Below, one piece after another: positions 9,930-19,156 of a DNA stretch of 64,000 bases. The DNA is taken from the NCBI GenBank assembly GCA_018302545.1, contig JAGVZM010000002.1, positions 2,198 through 66,197 on the forward strand. The letters run 5' to 3'. The translations under genes and the position numbers were made by a program. How positions within the stretch are numbered: position 1 is the first letter of the stretch; the number at the start of each line of letters is the position of its first letter. The notes beneath the pieces were generated by a model, which was given only the letters and a program-made list of their open reading frames with translations, did no database searches and was not told where the DNA came from. This DNA comes from Candidatus Woesearchaeota archaeon. GTDB taxonomy: Archaea > Nanobdellota > Nanobdellia > SCGC-AAA011-G17 > GW2011-AR18.

Positions 9930-10448
9930 ATGAATTCAAAAAAAGGTGCGATTGAACTTTCTATGACTACTATCATAGTTATTGTATTAGGAGTAACTTT
10001 ACTAATTTTAGGTTTGGTTTTTGTAAGAGGAATATTTGATAAGTTAGGAGGATTAACAGAAAAGTCCTTCTTGATAGCAGATAAAGAATTACAAGATAGA
10101 ATTGGAGCTTCAGATAGAATCTATGTCCCCGGAGTGGACTTTGAATTAGAACCGGGAGCATCAACAACAATCACAATTGGAATACAAAATCTTGCAACAA
10201 ACGACGAAGCAACACCATCAACTTTTAAATTAGAAGTGAAACCTGGAGATGAAGCAAGTAAAAGATTAAAAGTAACTCTACCTCCAGAACAAAGCCTAAG
10301 GATAGGACAAAGTAAAGGATTACCTCTAAAGGTGCAATTACCAGAAGGTTCAAATCCTGGAACAAGTTATTCTTTAACTATTAGAGTTCTAAAAAATAAA
10401 GAATTATATGATGAACAATCAATATTCATTTCTGTAAAAAAATCTTAA
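9930..10448 (+). CDS. Archaeal type IV pilin-like protein with class III signal peptide
   Basis: N-terminal MNSKKGAIELSMTTIIVIVLGV matches the prepilin peptidase (FlaK/PibD) KG|A cleavage motif, followed by a hydrophobic helix. Ser/Thr/Pro-rich extracellular domain. Confidence 0.55.
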   Translation: MNSKKGAIELSMTTIIVIVLGVTLLILGLVFVRGIFDKLGGLTEKSFLIADKELQDRIGASDRIYVPGVDFELEPGASTTITIGIQNLATNDEATPSTFKLEVKPGDEASKRLKVTLPPEQSLRIGQSKGLPLKVQLPEGSNPGTSYSLTIRVLKNKELYDEQSIFISVKKS

Positions 10449-10681
10449 AAGTAAAGTCTAGGGACATCTTCTCGTAATTCATGATCTAAACTATCCCTTA
10501 AATCCATATAGGATCTAACAGCAGGACGATAAAACTGAGAAAGAGAGATCATACCACTAGAAGCATTAACTCTTTCAGCAAGATCCATTAGAATAAGCGC
10601 TAAATCTTCTCCACAAAGGTCTTCTTTCTGAATTCGATTAAGTTCATTAGAGAGATTTTCCGCAGTTATTGGTTTTGCCAT
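10445..10681 (-). CDS. Hypothetical small protein
   Basis: 78-aa ORF, acidic, no recognisable motif. Confidence 0.3.
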   Translation of the reverse strand: MAKPITAENLSNELNRIQKEDLCGEDLALILMDLAERVNASSGMISLSQFYRPAVRSYMDLRDSLDHELREDVPRLYF

Positions 10682-10717
10682 AAAATAAAAAGAAAATAAA
10701 GAAATTAATAAAATTAT

Positions 10718-11257
10718 CTAAGCAGCTTCCGGAATATTATTTAACTCATTATAATTATCTAAACTCTCTTTAGCTCTCTTCAAATAATTAATAGAAGTAA
10801 TTAAATATCCACAAACTAATATCTTATTTTTAGGTATAGGAAACATTCTTCTTTCCATCTCAGGACCCCACATATCTTTATTTAGGGTTTTTAAAATTCC
10901 AGAATCTTCAGATTCAAGAGCTAAAATCCAATTGTTAATCATATCTCTAAGTTGATCTAAACTCTTTATAGTATTCATAGTATTTACAGTATTCTTCAGT
11001 TTCTCTTCAATAAAAATAATTCCATTTCTAATCTCTTTCCTAATATTAATTAATTTAGCTTTAACATCTGTGTTATACATCTCATAATGCCTATGGGCTG
11101 GCTCAAATCCTTTCAAACCATCTAAGAAATTACCCATAAACTCAAAACCGCTCCTTAAATTAGTCTTAGCCACATCCAAATAAGAATTCATTTCCTCATC
11201 CATAACCTTTTTTCTTGTAGAAGGTAAACCCCCTTTAAAAAAATCAATGATTCCCAT
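10718..11257 (-). CDS. Hypothetical protein
   Basis: 179-aa ORF with protein-like composition. No recognisable domain. Confidence 0.35.
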   Translation of the reverse strand: MGIIDFFKGGLPSTRKKVMDEEMNSYLDVAKTNLRSGFEFMGNFLDGLKGFEPAHRHYEMYNTDVKAKLINIRKEIRNGIIFIEEKLKNTVNTMNTIKSLDQLRDMINNWILALESEDSGILKTLNKDMWGPEMERRMFPIPKNKILVCGYLITSINYLKRAKESLDNYNELNNIPEAA

Positions 11258-11298
11258 AATACTAGAATAACTATTTTTAATTTAAATAGATTTCCATA

Positions 11299-11568
11299 CT
11301 ATATTTCATCTAATCTAAAAGATTTAGAAAAACTCTCAATTCTTTTATTAATCCTAAATCCTCTAAGGTTTATACCATATATTGAAGGCTTACCTTTATC
11401 TACAAACTTAACCCCACATTCAAGGGAGCTTAGTTTATTCTTTCTAACTTCACAATATAAATCCCCCTTATGTTCTTGATATTTAGTAAATACATAGTCT
11501 AATATCCCAAAATTATAACTAAAAGCAATTAAAAAAGCACTATATTTAATAGTCTGCCCCAATGTCAT
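11299..11568 (-). CDS. Hypothetical protein
   Basis: 89-aa ORF overlapping the upstream ORF 11565..11957 by 4 nt (translationally coupled). Confidence 0.3.
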   Translation of the reverse strand: MTLGQTIKYSAFLIAFSYNFGILDYVFTKYQEHKGDLYCEVRKNKLSSLECGVKFVDKGKPSIYGINLRGFRINKRIESFSKSFRLDEI

Positions 11569-11957
11569 TTATATTTCCCTCCCTTAATACAACTATAAAA
11601 TTCAGACTCCAGTTCCATCCATCTAAAAACAAGCCTTCTCTTTTCTTCCTCAGTAAATTTTTCAAAAGTATAATCTGGATCACCAACCATGAGCCCATCT
11701 TCTCTTAAGTATATAGGAATTCTTCTCTGATAAAAGTTAAGGTATAGTTCATATCTAGAATTAAAATTAATTACTCCCAAAACTCCAATATTCCTCCCCT
11801 GTTCTTTTGTAGGAAAACCAGGTTCAGCTTCATAAGGAATAGATTTTACCCTATTTATTATGCTTTCAATATTTTCATGATAACTATAAGTCAAAGAGGA
11901 AATAGCTAAAGCACCAAAAACAAAACTTAAACTTCTTCTTGTATTATTTAACGCCAT
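11565..11957 (-). CDS. Hypothetical secreted protein
   Basis: 130 aa with an N-terminal signal-peptide-like segment (LSFVFGALAISSLTYS). Confidence 0.35.
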   Translation of the reverse strand: MALNNTRRSLSFVFGALAISSLTYSYHENIESIINRVKSIPYEAEPGFPTKEQGRNIGVLGVINFNSRYELYLNFYQRRIPIYLREDGLMVGDPDYTFEKFTEEEKRRLVFRWMELESEFYSCIKGGKYK

Positions 11958-12024
11958 AAGAAAAAATTTAAAACTAGATTAATAAATTCTAATAAAGAAT
12001 TTCCGAAAGATTTTCAAAAAAGTT

Positions 12025-12333
12025 TTAATCATCACTCTTTATGCCTAATCTTTCCTCTAATTCTCTTATCCTTTCATTATTTTTAATTCCAGAAGCAATA
12101 CCCATAACAGCAGCACCACCTATAACTTGAAGAGAAGAAAATAACTGACGCTGTTCTTCTAGAAGAGCACCTAGTATAGGTCCCTTTGAGATTTCATAAA
12201 GTTGTGTAGCCTCACTAGGAGCAACATATTTCAATAAAGAAATCCCCGTATAAAGACCTTGAATAGCATCCAAAACTCCAAAACCAACGGTGCTAAGACC
12301 AGCATACCACAAGAAATCATAATATTTTGCCAT
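12025..12333 (-). CDS. Hypothetical small membrane protein
   Basis: 102 aa with two hydrophobic segments. Confidence 0.3.
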   Translation of the reverse strand: MAKYYDFLWYAGLSTVGFGVLDAIQGLYTGISLLKYVAPSEATQLYEISKGPILGALLEEQRQLFSSLQVIGGAAVMGIASGIKNNERIRELEERLGIKSDD

Positions 12334-12453
12334 GTATAAATGACAAAAAGAAAAATATATAAAGGATGTGTAGAAACCTTTTTAAATACCTTAAAAGTCA
12401 CAAATTAATCTTAAAGGGCTAAAACCCAATTACTCCGAAAGGAGCTCAAGAAA

Positions 12454-12879
12454 ATGGTAACAATATACGACGGAGATATACAAAAATCTATAGAAAAACT
12501 TAGTTCTAGTTTAAAATCTAGTATTAAAGTACCAGAATGGGCAAAATTTGTCAAAACAAGCTCAGGAAAACAAAGACTTCCTGAAAATCCAGATTGGTAT
12601 TATATAAGGGCAGCATCTATTCTAATAACAGTATATAAAAGAGGTCCTATTGGAGTCTCAAAATTAAGAATGAAATATGGAACAAAAAAAGATAGGGGCC
12701 ATAAACCAGAAAAGTTTGTAAGAGCTTCTGGAAAAATAATAAGGGATATCTTACAACAATTAGATAAAGCAGATTTAACTATTTACAAAAAAGACGGAAT
12801 TCACAAAGGAAGAATAATTGCTCCTAAAGGAAGATCATTAGTTGATAAAAATGCAGTTATTATAAAAAATGAAAACTGA
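12454..12879 (+). CDS. rps19e: 30S ribosomal protein S19e (eS19)
   Basis: PEWAKFVKTSSGKQRLPENPDWYYIRAASIL...YGTKKDRGHKPEKFVRASGKIIRDILQQL matches the eS19 consensus. Confidence 0.85.
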   Translation: MVTIYDGDIQKSIEKLSSSLKSSIKVPEWAKFVKTSSGKQRLPENPDWYYIRAASILITVYKRGPIGVSKLRMKYGTKKDRGHKPEKFVRASGKIIRDILQQLDKADLTIYKKDGIHKGRIIAPKGRSLVDKNAVIIKNEN

Positions 12880-13114
12880 AAATAATTTAGAAGAAATGAA
12901 AAAAATGCAAGAACAAATAGCAAAGCTAGAGTTAATTGCAAAAAATCAAATGACTAATTCAGCAGTATCCAGATATGGAACATTAAAATCTGCACATCCA
13001 AAAAAAGCATTGCAAGCTGCAACAATAATTGCCCAATTAGTCTCACAAAATCAAATTCAAGAAAAAATAACAGATGAACAATTCAAACAATTATTAATAA
13101 GTATGGAGCAATAG
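12869..13114 (+). CDS. DNA-binding protein of the PDCD5/TFAR19 family
   Basis: 81 aa. Conserved archaeal position between S19e and L39e. [14 protein letters not shown] motif of the PDCD5 family. Confidence 0.65.
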   Translation: MKTENNLEEMKKMQEQIAKLELIAKNQMTNSAVSRYGTLKSAHPKKALQAATIIAQLVSQNQIQEKITDEQFKQLLISMEQ

Positions 13115-13115
13115 A

Positions 13116-13289
13116 ATGGCAAGAAACAAACCAAAAGCAAAAAAACTAAGATTAGCAAAAGCAGCAAAACAAACAAAGTGGGCTCCCCTTTGGTTAGTTC
13201 CAAAAATAGAAAAAGGATTAAGAAAGGTTCATCCAGCAAGATATACAACTAAAAAAAGACACTGGAAAAAACATAAAATAAGTGCATAA
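13116..13289 (+). CDS. rpl39e: 50S ribosomal protein L39e (eL39)
   Basis: Not in the ORF track (under 60 aa). Hand translation: [57 protein letters not shown], matching the eL39 consensus ([16 protein letters not shown]). Starts 2 nt after the PDCD5-like stop. Confidence 0.8.
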   Translation: MARNKPKAKKLRLAKAAKQTKWAPLWLVPKIEKGLRKVHPARYTTKKRHWKKHKISA

Positions 13290-13293
13290 GAAA

Positions 13294-13824
13294 ATGGCAG
13301 AAGAAAAAACATTCACAATAAATTTAAGAAGAGAATTCATAAAAAAGCCTAATTATAAGAGAAGTAAGAAGGCAATAACTGCAATAAAAGAATATACATT
13401 AAAACATTTAAAGACAAAGGAAGTAAAAATAGGGCCAAAATTAAACCTAAAAATATGGGAAAGAGGAAGAAAGAATCCTCCACCAAAAGTAAAAGTAAAG
13501 GCAATCGTCGAAGATAATATAGCTTATGTTGAACTTCCAGGTTTCGAATTCATTAAACAAAAGCCAAAAGAAGAAAAAAAGTCAGTAGCAGATAAATTAT
13601 TAGGTAAAAAAACACAATCAGAACAAAAACAAGAAGAAAAGAAAGCTGAAGAAAAAGAATTAGCAAAAGAAGCTGAAAAGGAAATAGAAGTTAAAGAAAA
13701 AAAAGAACATAAAAAGGGGATAACAGCCCAAAAAACAAAAACTCAAGAAGAAATGATTGAAAAAGTTAAAGACGAAGGTCAAAAAATAGGCAGAACAGGT
13801 AAAAAAGGTTCAAAGAGTCAATAA
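13294..13824 (+). CDS. rpl31e: 50S ribosomal protein L31e (eL31) with long lysine/glutamate-rich C-terminal extension
   Basis: FTINLRREFIKKP...KAITAIKEY...VKIGPKLNLKIWERGRKNPPPKVKVKA matches eL31. Roughly 90 extra KE-rich C-terminal residues. The true start is probably MAEEK at 13294; the ORF track begins at 13282. Confidence 0.8.
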   Translation: MAEEKTFTINLRREFIKKPNYKRSKKAITAIKEYTLKHLKTKEVKIGPKLNLKIWERGRKNPPPKVKVKAIVEDNIAYVELPGFEFIKQKPKEEKKSVADKLLGKKTQSEQKQEEKKAEEKELAKEAEKEIEVKEKKEHKKGITAQKTKTQEEMIEKVKDEGQKIGRTGKKGSKSQ

Positions 13825-13863
13825 AATCAAAATCCTTTAATATATTTCTAAAATACATTTTCC

Positions 13864-14064
13864 ATGGAAAAAAATCTAAGTTATGAAAAAGAATTAGAAT
13901 TAGCTGAAGATTATGCAAATGATGGCCCTTATGATTGGGATGAAGAACATATGGAAAGATGTCTCAGAAAGGCAATAGAGAAAGCTAAGAAAGAAGGTGT
14001 TGATATCTCAAAAGAAGTAGAGCGTATAAGAAAAATTTGGAAGGATCAAGAAAATGGAAAATAA
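13864..14064 (+). CDS. Hypothetical small acidic protein
   Basis: 66-aa ORF. No recognisable domain. Confidence 0.3.
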   Translation: MEKNLSYEKELELAEDYANDGPYDWDEEHMERCLRKAIEKAKKEGVDISKEVERIRKIWKDQENGK

Positions 14065-14141
14065 ATTACCTTATGAAAATCTTTCGGAAATTCTTAGTAA
14101 ATCATTATAAGGGATAAAAGATTATATAAGTTAATTCTAAA

Positions 14142-15557
14142 ATGAAAGTAATAGCTAGAGAGATAATCCAAAATAAAATATTATATGATTTAATATACAA
14201 AGAAAAGTATGACTTTAAAACAAAATTAAAGATTTTTTTGGGTAATCGTCCTTTCATTACAATATTAAAAAAACAAAGAGAAAGAAATAAACTTTATGAA
14301 GGAGAATTAGTTGTAGTAAGGATTAATAAAGAAAATAGAATATACGAATTCATAACAAAAATTAGGGAATGGGGAAAAATAAATATCCCCATTAAAATAA
14401 TTAAAGATTTATCAATAAAAAACAAAGAAAAATTAAAGATAGAATTAATTAAAAATAAAGAATTTAAAAACATAAACAGAGAAAACACTATAAATCTAAC
14501 GAACATAATAAGGTTTAATAAGAAGTTAGAGATTATAAATAGAAATGAAAAGTATATAACAATTTACAAAACAAGTTGTATACCAATTACAATTCCTAGA
14601 ATAATAAAGATAAATGAAGATTTGATAGAAGCAATTTATTTACTGCATGGAGATGGACATTATCAAAAAAAATTATATTTTTCAAACAAGAATTATGATC
14701 TACATAAATTTATAATAAACACTTTCAATAAACAATTATTTATTCCTAAAAAACTATGGAGATATAGAATTAACCACAATAAAAGAGAATTAATAGATAA
14801 AGCAAAAAATTTTTGGATAGAAAATTTAAAGGCAAATAAAAAGAGATTTTATGAAACAAGAAAATTAAGCAGTTTTAATACAGTAAAATATGGAAACTTA
14901 AGATCAATAATAGATAATACAATAGTTTCAGAAATATTCAATTATTTAATTCATAAAATCAAAATAGATAAAGAAAGACTAAGTTTAATTGCTTTAAATG
15001 GAATACTCTCAGCAGAGGGGAATGCTCAAATAGATAAAAAAGGTTTGCACAAAATAACAATTGCATATAACGAAGACGAGAAACAAATGTTCATTAATTT
15101 ATTAATAAAATCAAACCTAAAGAATTTCAAAATAGAACAGAATAAAAGGTTTTGTATTAGAAAATGGGAGCACCAATACAAATTCATCAAAAAATTTCTT
15201 TCAAATAATCTTATACCCTTCAATAAACATAGTGAGAGAAGATTAAACCTTATAATAGGTTTTCTAAATCATTCATACACAAGATCTGCAATAAAATATC
15301 TAGAGATATTAAAACAAGGAAAGAGTTATGAAGAGATAGCAAAAACATTAAATCATAGAAAGGATTCAGTTTTAGAGTTACTCAAAAAAGATAGATATAA
15401 AAAGTTTACTAAGAAAACAATTTCAGGTAAGATTAAGATAAATAAGAGAGGTAAAGAGTTTATAGAAATAACAGAAAAATTAAAAAACATGTTAAAAGAA
15501 ACAGAAAAAGAATATTTAGAGTACATAAAACCAATAAACAAATTCAAGGAGGAGTAA
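14142..15557 (+). CDS. Free-standing LAGLIDADG-like (double-motif) homing-endonuclease-like protein
   Basis: 471 aa, extremely K/N/I-rich. Two LAGLIDADG-like motifs: AIYLLHGDGHY and LIALNGILSAEGNA (good match to L.G(L/I)(I/L).(A)EG), about 125 aa apart. The assignment is tentative. Confidence 0.4.
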   Translation: MKVIAREIIQNKILYDLIYKEKYDFKTKLKIFLGNRPFITILKKQRERNKLYEGELVVVRINKENRIYEFITKIREWGKINIPIKIIKDLSIKNKEKLKIELIKNKEFKNINRENTINLTNIIRFNKKLEIINRNEKYITIYKTSCIPITIPRIIKINEDLIEAIYLLHGDGHYQKKLYFSNKNYDLHKFIINTFNKQLFIPKKLWRYRINHNKRELIDKAKNFWIENLKANKKRFYETRKLSSFNTVKYGNLRSIIDNTIVSEIFNYLIHKIKIDKERLSLIALNGILSAEGNAQIDKKGLHKITIAYNEDEKQMFINLLIKSNLKNFKIEQNKRFCIRKWEHQYKFIKKFLSNNLIPFNKHSERRLNLIIGFLNHSYTRSAIKYLEILKQGKSYEEIAKTLNHRKDSVLELLKKDRYKKFTKKTISGKIKINKRGKEFIEITEKLKNMLKETEKEYLEYIKPINKFKEE

Positions 15558-16562
15558 ATGAAATTACCGTTTGAAGAAGAAAATAGAAAAATTTTAGTGA
15601 AGAAAGAAGCTTCCACAGATCCCAAATTTGGGAAAAAACCAGAAGAACGAACAGTAAGAGAACTGTTAGAGTCTTCGGTAATATGTTTAAACAAAGTAGA
15701 AGGTCCTTCTTCACACCAAGTAGCAGACTATGCAAAAAAAGCTCTAGAAGTAGAAAAAATCGGTCACGGCGGGACACTTGGAATCTTTTAAGATTAGTGA
15801 AATCCTGCAGTAACTGGGGTTCTACCTATATCTATAGGAAAAGCTACAAGAATAATGGAGGCTCTTCTAAAATCAGGAAAAGAATATATTTGTTTAATGC
15901 ACATACATACTAAAGTTCAACAATCAAAGATACACAAAGTAGCTAAACAATTCTTAGGAAAAATAACCCAAATGCCTCCTGTAAAGTCTGCAATTAAAAG
16001 ACAATTAAGACAAAGAGAAATTTATTACTTAGAAATCCTAGAAATAAAAGATCAAGATGTACTTTTCAAAGTAGGATGTCAAGCAGGAACCTACATAAGA
16101 ACACTCTGTGTTGGATTTGGAAAAGAATTAGGAACCAATGCGCACATGCAGCAATTGATAAGAACAAAGGCAGGACCATTTAATGACAAAGAATGGTATT
16201 CTCTACAAGACATAAAAGACGCATATCAATTATACAGAGAAGAAAAAGAAGAACAATTAAAGAAAATTCTAAAACCAATAGAGTTTGCCATACAACATTT
16301 ACCTAAAGTATGGGTAAATGATAATACTATAGATTCAATATGCCATGGCGCATCATTAAAAGTCCCAGGAATAATAAAAGTCCATTCAAAGATAGAAAAA
16401 GAAGAATTAGTAGCTATAATGACTTTAAAAGAAGAATTAGTTGCTTTAGGAACATCAAAGATGAATTCAGAAGAAATGATAAAAAATCAAAAAGGATTAG
16501 CAATAAAAACAACAAAAGTCTTTATGGATCGAAATACATACCCTAATTTTAAAAAAGCTTAA
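15558..16562 (+). CDS. cbf5: tRNA pseudouridine synthase B / dyskerin-like Cbf5, interrupted by a 21-nt putative mRNA (BHB) intron
   Basis: The N-terminal ORF (15558..15791) ends ...KIGHGGTL-GIF*. The same frame continues after TAA/TAG/TGA stops with NPAVTGVLPISIGKATR...AGTYIRTLC... (15801 onward). Removing 15781..15801 joins exon 15558..15780 to 15802..16562 and gives GHGGTLDPAVTGVLP with the catalytic Asp restored. Confidence 0.8.
15781..15801 (+). other. Putative 21-nt BHB-type intron within cbf5 mRNA (gaatcttttaagattagtgaa)
   Basis: Carries TAA, TAG and TGA in the cbf5 reading frame within 12 nt. Precise excision restores the TruB-family TLDP catalytic motif. Contains the AATCTT/AAGATT inverted repeat. 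Boundaries are ambiguous by 1 nt. Confidence 0.65.
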
Positions 16563-16586
16563 AAATATTTCTGATAAACTTTTAAA

Positions 16587-16808
16587 ATGACAAAATGTAA
16601 ATATGAATATCAACAAATAGGATACATTAATTGCAATTATAATGGAGAATGTCCATATAAAAAATTAAATGAAGGAATTAGATGGGAATTAGATGAACTA
16701 GGTCCTACCTGTGAAAGACCTAAAGACCTAGAACCCCCAAAATTAGTAGATCTCCCAAATAAAAATAGAAGGCTAGAAACAATATTAGAATTTCTTCACC
16801 TAGTATAA
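16587..16808 (+). CDS. Hypothetical small Cys-containing protein
   Basis: 73-aa ORF with four Cys (CKYEY...CNYNGECPY...CERP). Weak support. Confidence 0.25.
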   Translation: MTKCKYEYQQIGYINCNYNGECPYKKLNEGIRWELDELGPTCERPKDLEPPKLVDLPNKNRRLETILEFLHLV

Positions 16809-18868
16809 ACAACATCATACTTAACTAGATTACATTCCTTATGACTCTTAACCTCAACGAAATTCTTCAAAATTTTCAAAACATCTTCAAGATTATATTT
16901 AATCTCCAATTTATCATCAAAACTAAAGGGAATAAATTCATTCTTTTCATAACAAACAAATTCATTCAATCTCAATAAGGTATTCAAATTATTATGAAAA
17001 ACAAACCCATTACCTTCCTGAACTAAAAACATTTTACTAACTAAACTAGTTAATAAACTCAAAGCTTTAGAAAATTGTATTCCTGTTTTAGCAAATACAT
17101 CTGCAGCAGTAAATTTTTTATTCATTTCTATACAAGTAGCTAAAACTTTTATCTCTTCTTTACTCAATTTATCAAAATCCAAGAAAAAATCAACACCAAC
17201 TCCCCTCTCAAGATCGTTAATTATCTGCCCATTATATAGATTAATTAAAAGATTAAACTCTTTATTATTTTTTATACAAGTAAACATATAACATGGGATC
17301 ATAATAGCTTTCAGACTCTCAATCTTCCTATTAACCAAACCTTTAATCTCTTCTTTAGTAACCTTAGGTCTTATCATACTAACAACTTCCTTACCAGTAT
17401 CATTCCATTGTCTTTTTTTAACTTCAACATCTTCAGAAATTAATTGTTTAGGTAATTCTTCATATTCAATATCCGCATCAACAAAAGTACCAACAACATC
17501 TATACTTTGACCACCATGCAAAGTCATTCTAGGTCTGACATCAATAAACAAAGGCATATCAGAAATACCCACAAGCATAGCAGTTCCTACATGCAAATTA
17601 ACAATTTCCTTCTCAGTCTCAGAAGTTATACCTTCAACAGAATTACTTATAGATTTAAGATCATTAGGATTAGTTATTTTTAATATAAATTGAGTACTAC
17701 ATTGTGAAAGAACAGTCTTGTCTAAACGTGCAGGTCTTTGTGTAACTAAAGCAACACCTAAACCGAACTTTCTACCTTCAGCTATTACTTGTCTTAAAAT
17801 AGGAGAGCTTTTAGCTTCTCCAAAATTTCTTTCAGGAGAATAATTATGAGCTTCCTCCACAACCAAAAAAAATGGTGGAATTTCCCCTCTTTTTCTAGCA
17901 CTAAATAAATCATTAACTAATTTATAAACAATAATCTCTTGCACTTCTTGGGGCACCCCTCTTAAATTAAGAATACTACATTTTCCAACTTTAACCAAAT
18001 CATTTGGAGTTGTACCATCAGATTCAGAAAATATATTTAAACTTTTCAAATAATCAATAACATTTATTAAAGTCCATTTAGCATTATTCTCTTCTGATTG
18101 TAAACTCAGCATTAATTGATCAAAATCATTTACTCTATTAATATTACTTAAAGCACCATACAATAAACCCATTTGACTGCCGCTTAATTTAGCAGGAAGC
18201 ATATGCATTAATTCACTTCCAGTCATGCCTTTTGTATTTAATTTTAAAAGTTTAGCTTCTGGATTTTTCTCAACATCAGGACTAAATTCTTGTATTTGTT
18301 TAAAATAACCTTTAGGTTCTAATCCGAATTTTTTTAACATCTCTCCATCTTTACTAGGATACTTTAAACTAGAATATTCTCCATGTGGATCAATAACAAC
18401 AATTGGAATTTTTCTTTCTAAAATTTCTTCTAAAAGAATAGAAACCAAATATGACTTTCCAGATCCAGACTTAGCTAATACTGCTAGATGTTTAGTAATT
18501 ATTTTATTTAAATCCAAATAAACTTTAATATTTTCTCTATCTTCTAACACCCCCACATAAGCACCCCTTTTACTTTCTTTTAAACCCAAAATATTCCTAA
18601 CTATCTCATCTTCAGCATATTCTATCTCTGCACCGGGTTCCAATGGTGTCCTTAAATTTCTTAAAATACCAAATTTATCTCTATAACCCATAATATTACA
18701 TTTAGCTTTAGTTTCTTCTTTCTCTTTTTGAACATCTACAATTTGAGCTAAAACAATATAATCTTCTTTATGTTTCGCTTTAACATACATAAATTTCTTA
18801 GCAGTATCCTCTACTAGAAAGTAAAATTCATTAGTACCACTTTTTCCAATTATATGTCCAAGGACCAT
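16796..18868 (-). CDS. HerA/DUF87-family ATPase (FtsK-HerA superfamily) with about 220-aa C-terminal extension
   Basis: N-terminal HAS-barrel-like region. Walker A (LAVLAKSGSGKSYLVS) and Walker B (FFLVVEEAHNYSP) in HerA-like arrangement. The long C-terminal domain has unknown function. Confidence 0.7.
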   Translation of the reverse strand: MVLGHIIGKSGTNEFYFLVEDTAKKFMYVKAKHKEDYIVLAQIVDVQKEKEETKAKCNIMGYRDKFGILRNLRTPLEPGAEIEYAEDEIVRNILGLKESKRGAYVGVLEDRENIKVYLDLNKIITKHLAVLAKSGSGKSYLVSILLEEILERKIPIVVIDPHGEYSSLKYPSKDGEMLKKFGLEPKGYFKQIQEFSPDVEKNPEAKLLKLNTKGMTGSELMHMLPAKLSGSQMGLLYGALSNINRVNDFDQLMLSLQSEENNAKWTLINVIDYLKSLNIFSESDGTTPNDLVKVGKCSILNLRGVPQEVQEIIVYKLVNDLFSARKRGEIPPFFLVVEEAHNYSPERNFGEAKSSPILRQVIAEGRKFGLGVALVTQRPARLDKTVLSQCSTQFILKITNPNDLKSISNSVEGITSETEKEIVNLHVGTAMLVGISDMPLFIDVRPRMTLHGGQSIDVVGTFVDADIEYEELPKQLISEDVEVKKRQWNDTGKEVVSMIRPKVTKEEIKGLVNRKIESLKAIMIPCYMFTCIKNNKEFNLLINLYNGQIINDLERGVGVDFFLDFDKLSKEEIKVLATCIEMNKKFTAADVFAKTGIQFSKALSLLTSLVSKMFLVQEGNGFVFHNNLNTLLRLNEFVCYEKNEFIPFSFDDKLEIKYNLEDVLKILKNFVEVKSHKECNLVKYDVVYTR

Positions 18869-18970
18869 TACAAAACTTGATTTCTTAGCTTATTTATAAA
18901 ATTTTGTCATAAAAATAATAAAAAAGAAAAAATAAGTAAAATAAGATTAAAACCAATATAATTATTAGAA

Positions 18971-19156
18971 TTATTGCTCTTTCTTATTTCTATAGCAGTC
19001 TTTACAAAAAACCTCTCTTCCTTCAGATGGCTTGAATGGTACTTCACATTCCTGTCCGCATGAAGAACAAGTTGCTTTGTGCATCTCTCTAGGGCCTCTA
19101 TTAAAGTTGCCTCTACTACCGCCTCTGTGGCCTCTGTGCTCAAAACTATTTTCCAT
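18971..19156 (-). CDS. Small zinc-ribbon protein with RGG-like N-terminus
   Basis: 61 aa: HRGHRGGSRGNFNRGPRE followed by CSSCGQEC...CKDCY (CxxC...CxxC). Preferred over the overlapping low-complexity 104-aa ORF 18907..19221. Confidence 0.4.
   Translation of the reverse strand: MENSFEHRGHRGGSRGNFNRGPREMHKATCSSCGQECEVPFKPSEGREVFCKDCYRNKKEQ

Noticed and set aside
9614-10170. Minus-strand ORFs 9614..9976 and 9979..10170 overlapping the HD hydrolase and pilin-like genes
   Set aside because: The opposite-strand genes carry clear motifs (HD; class III signal peptide). These antisense frames are low-complexity.
15683-15913. 76-aa ORF in an alternative frame spanning the cbf5 interruption
   Set aside because: It lies out of frame to the strongly conserved Cbf5 reading frame on the same strand. 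It is an artefact of the stop-rich 21-nt insertion.
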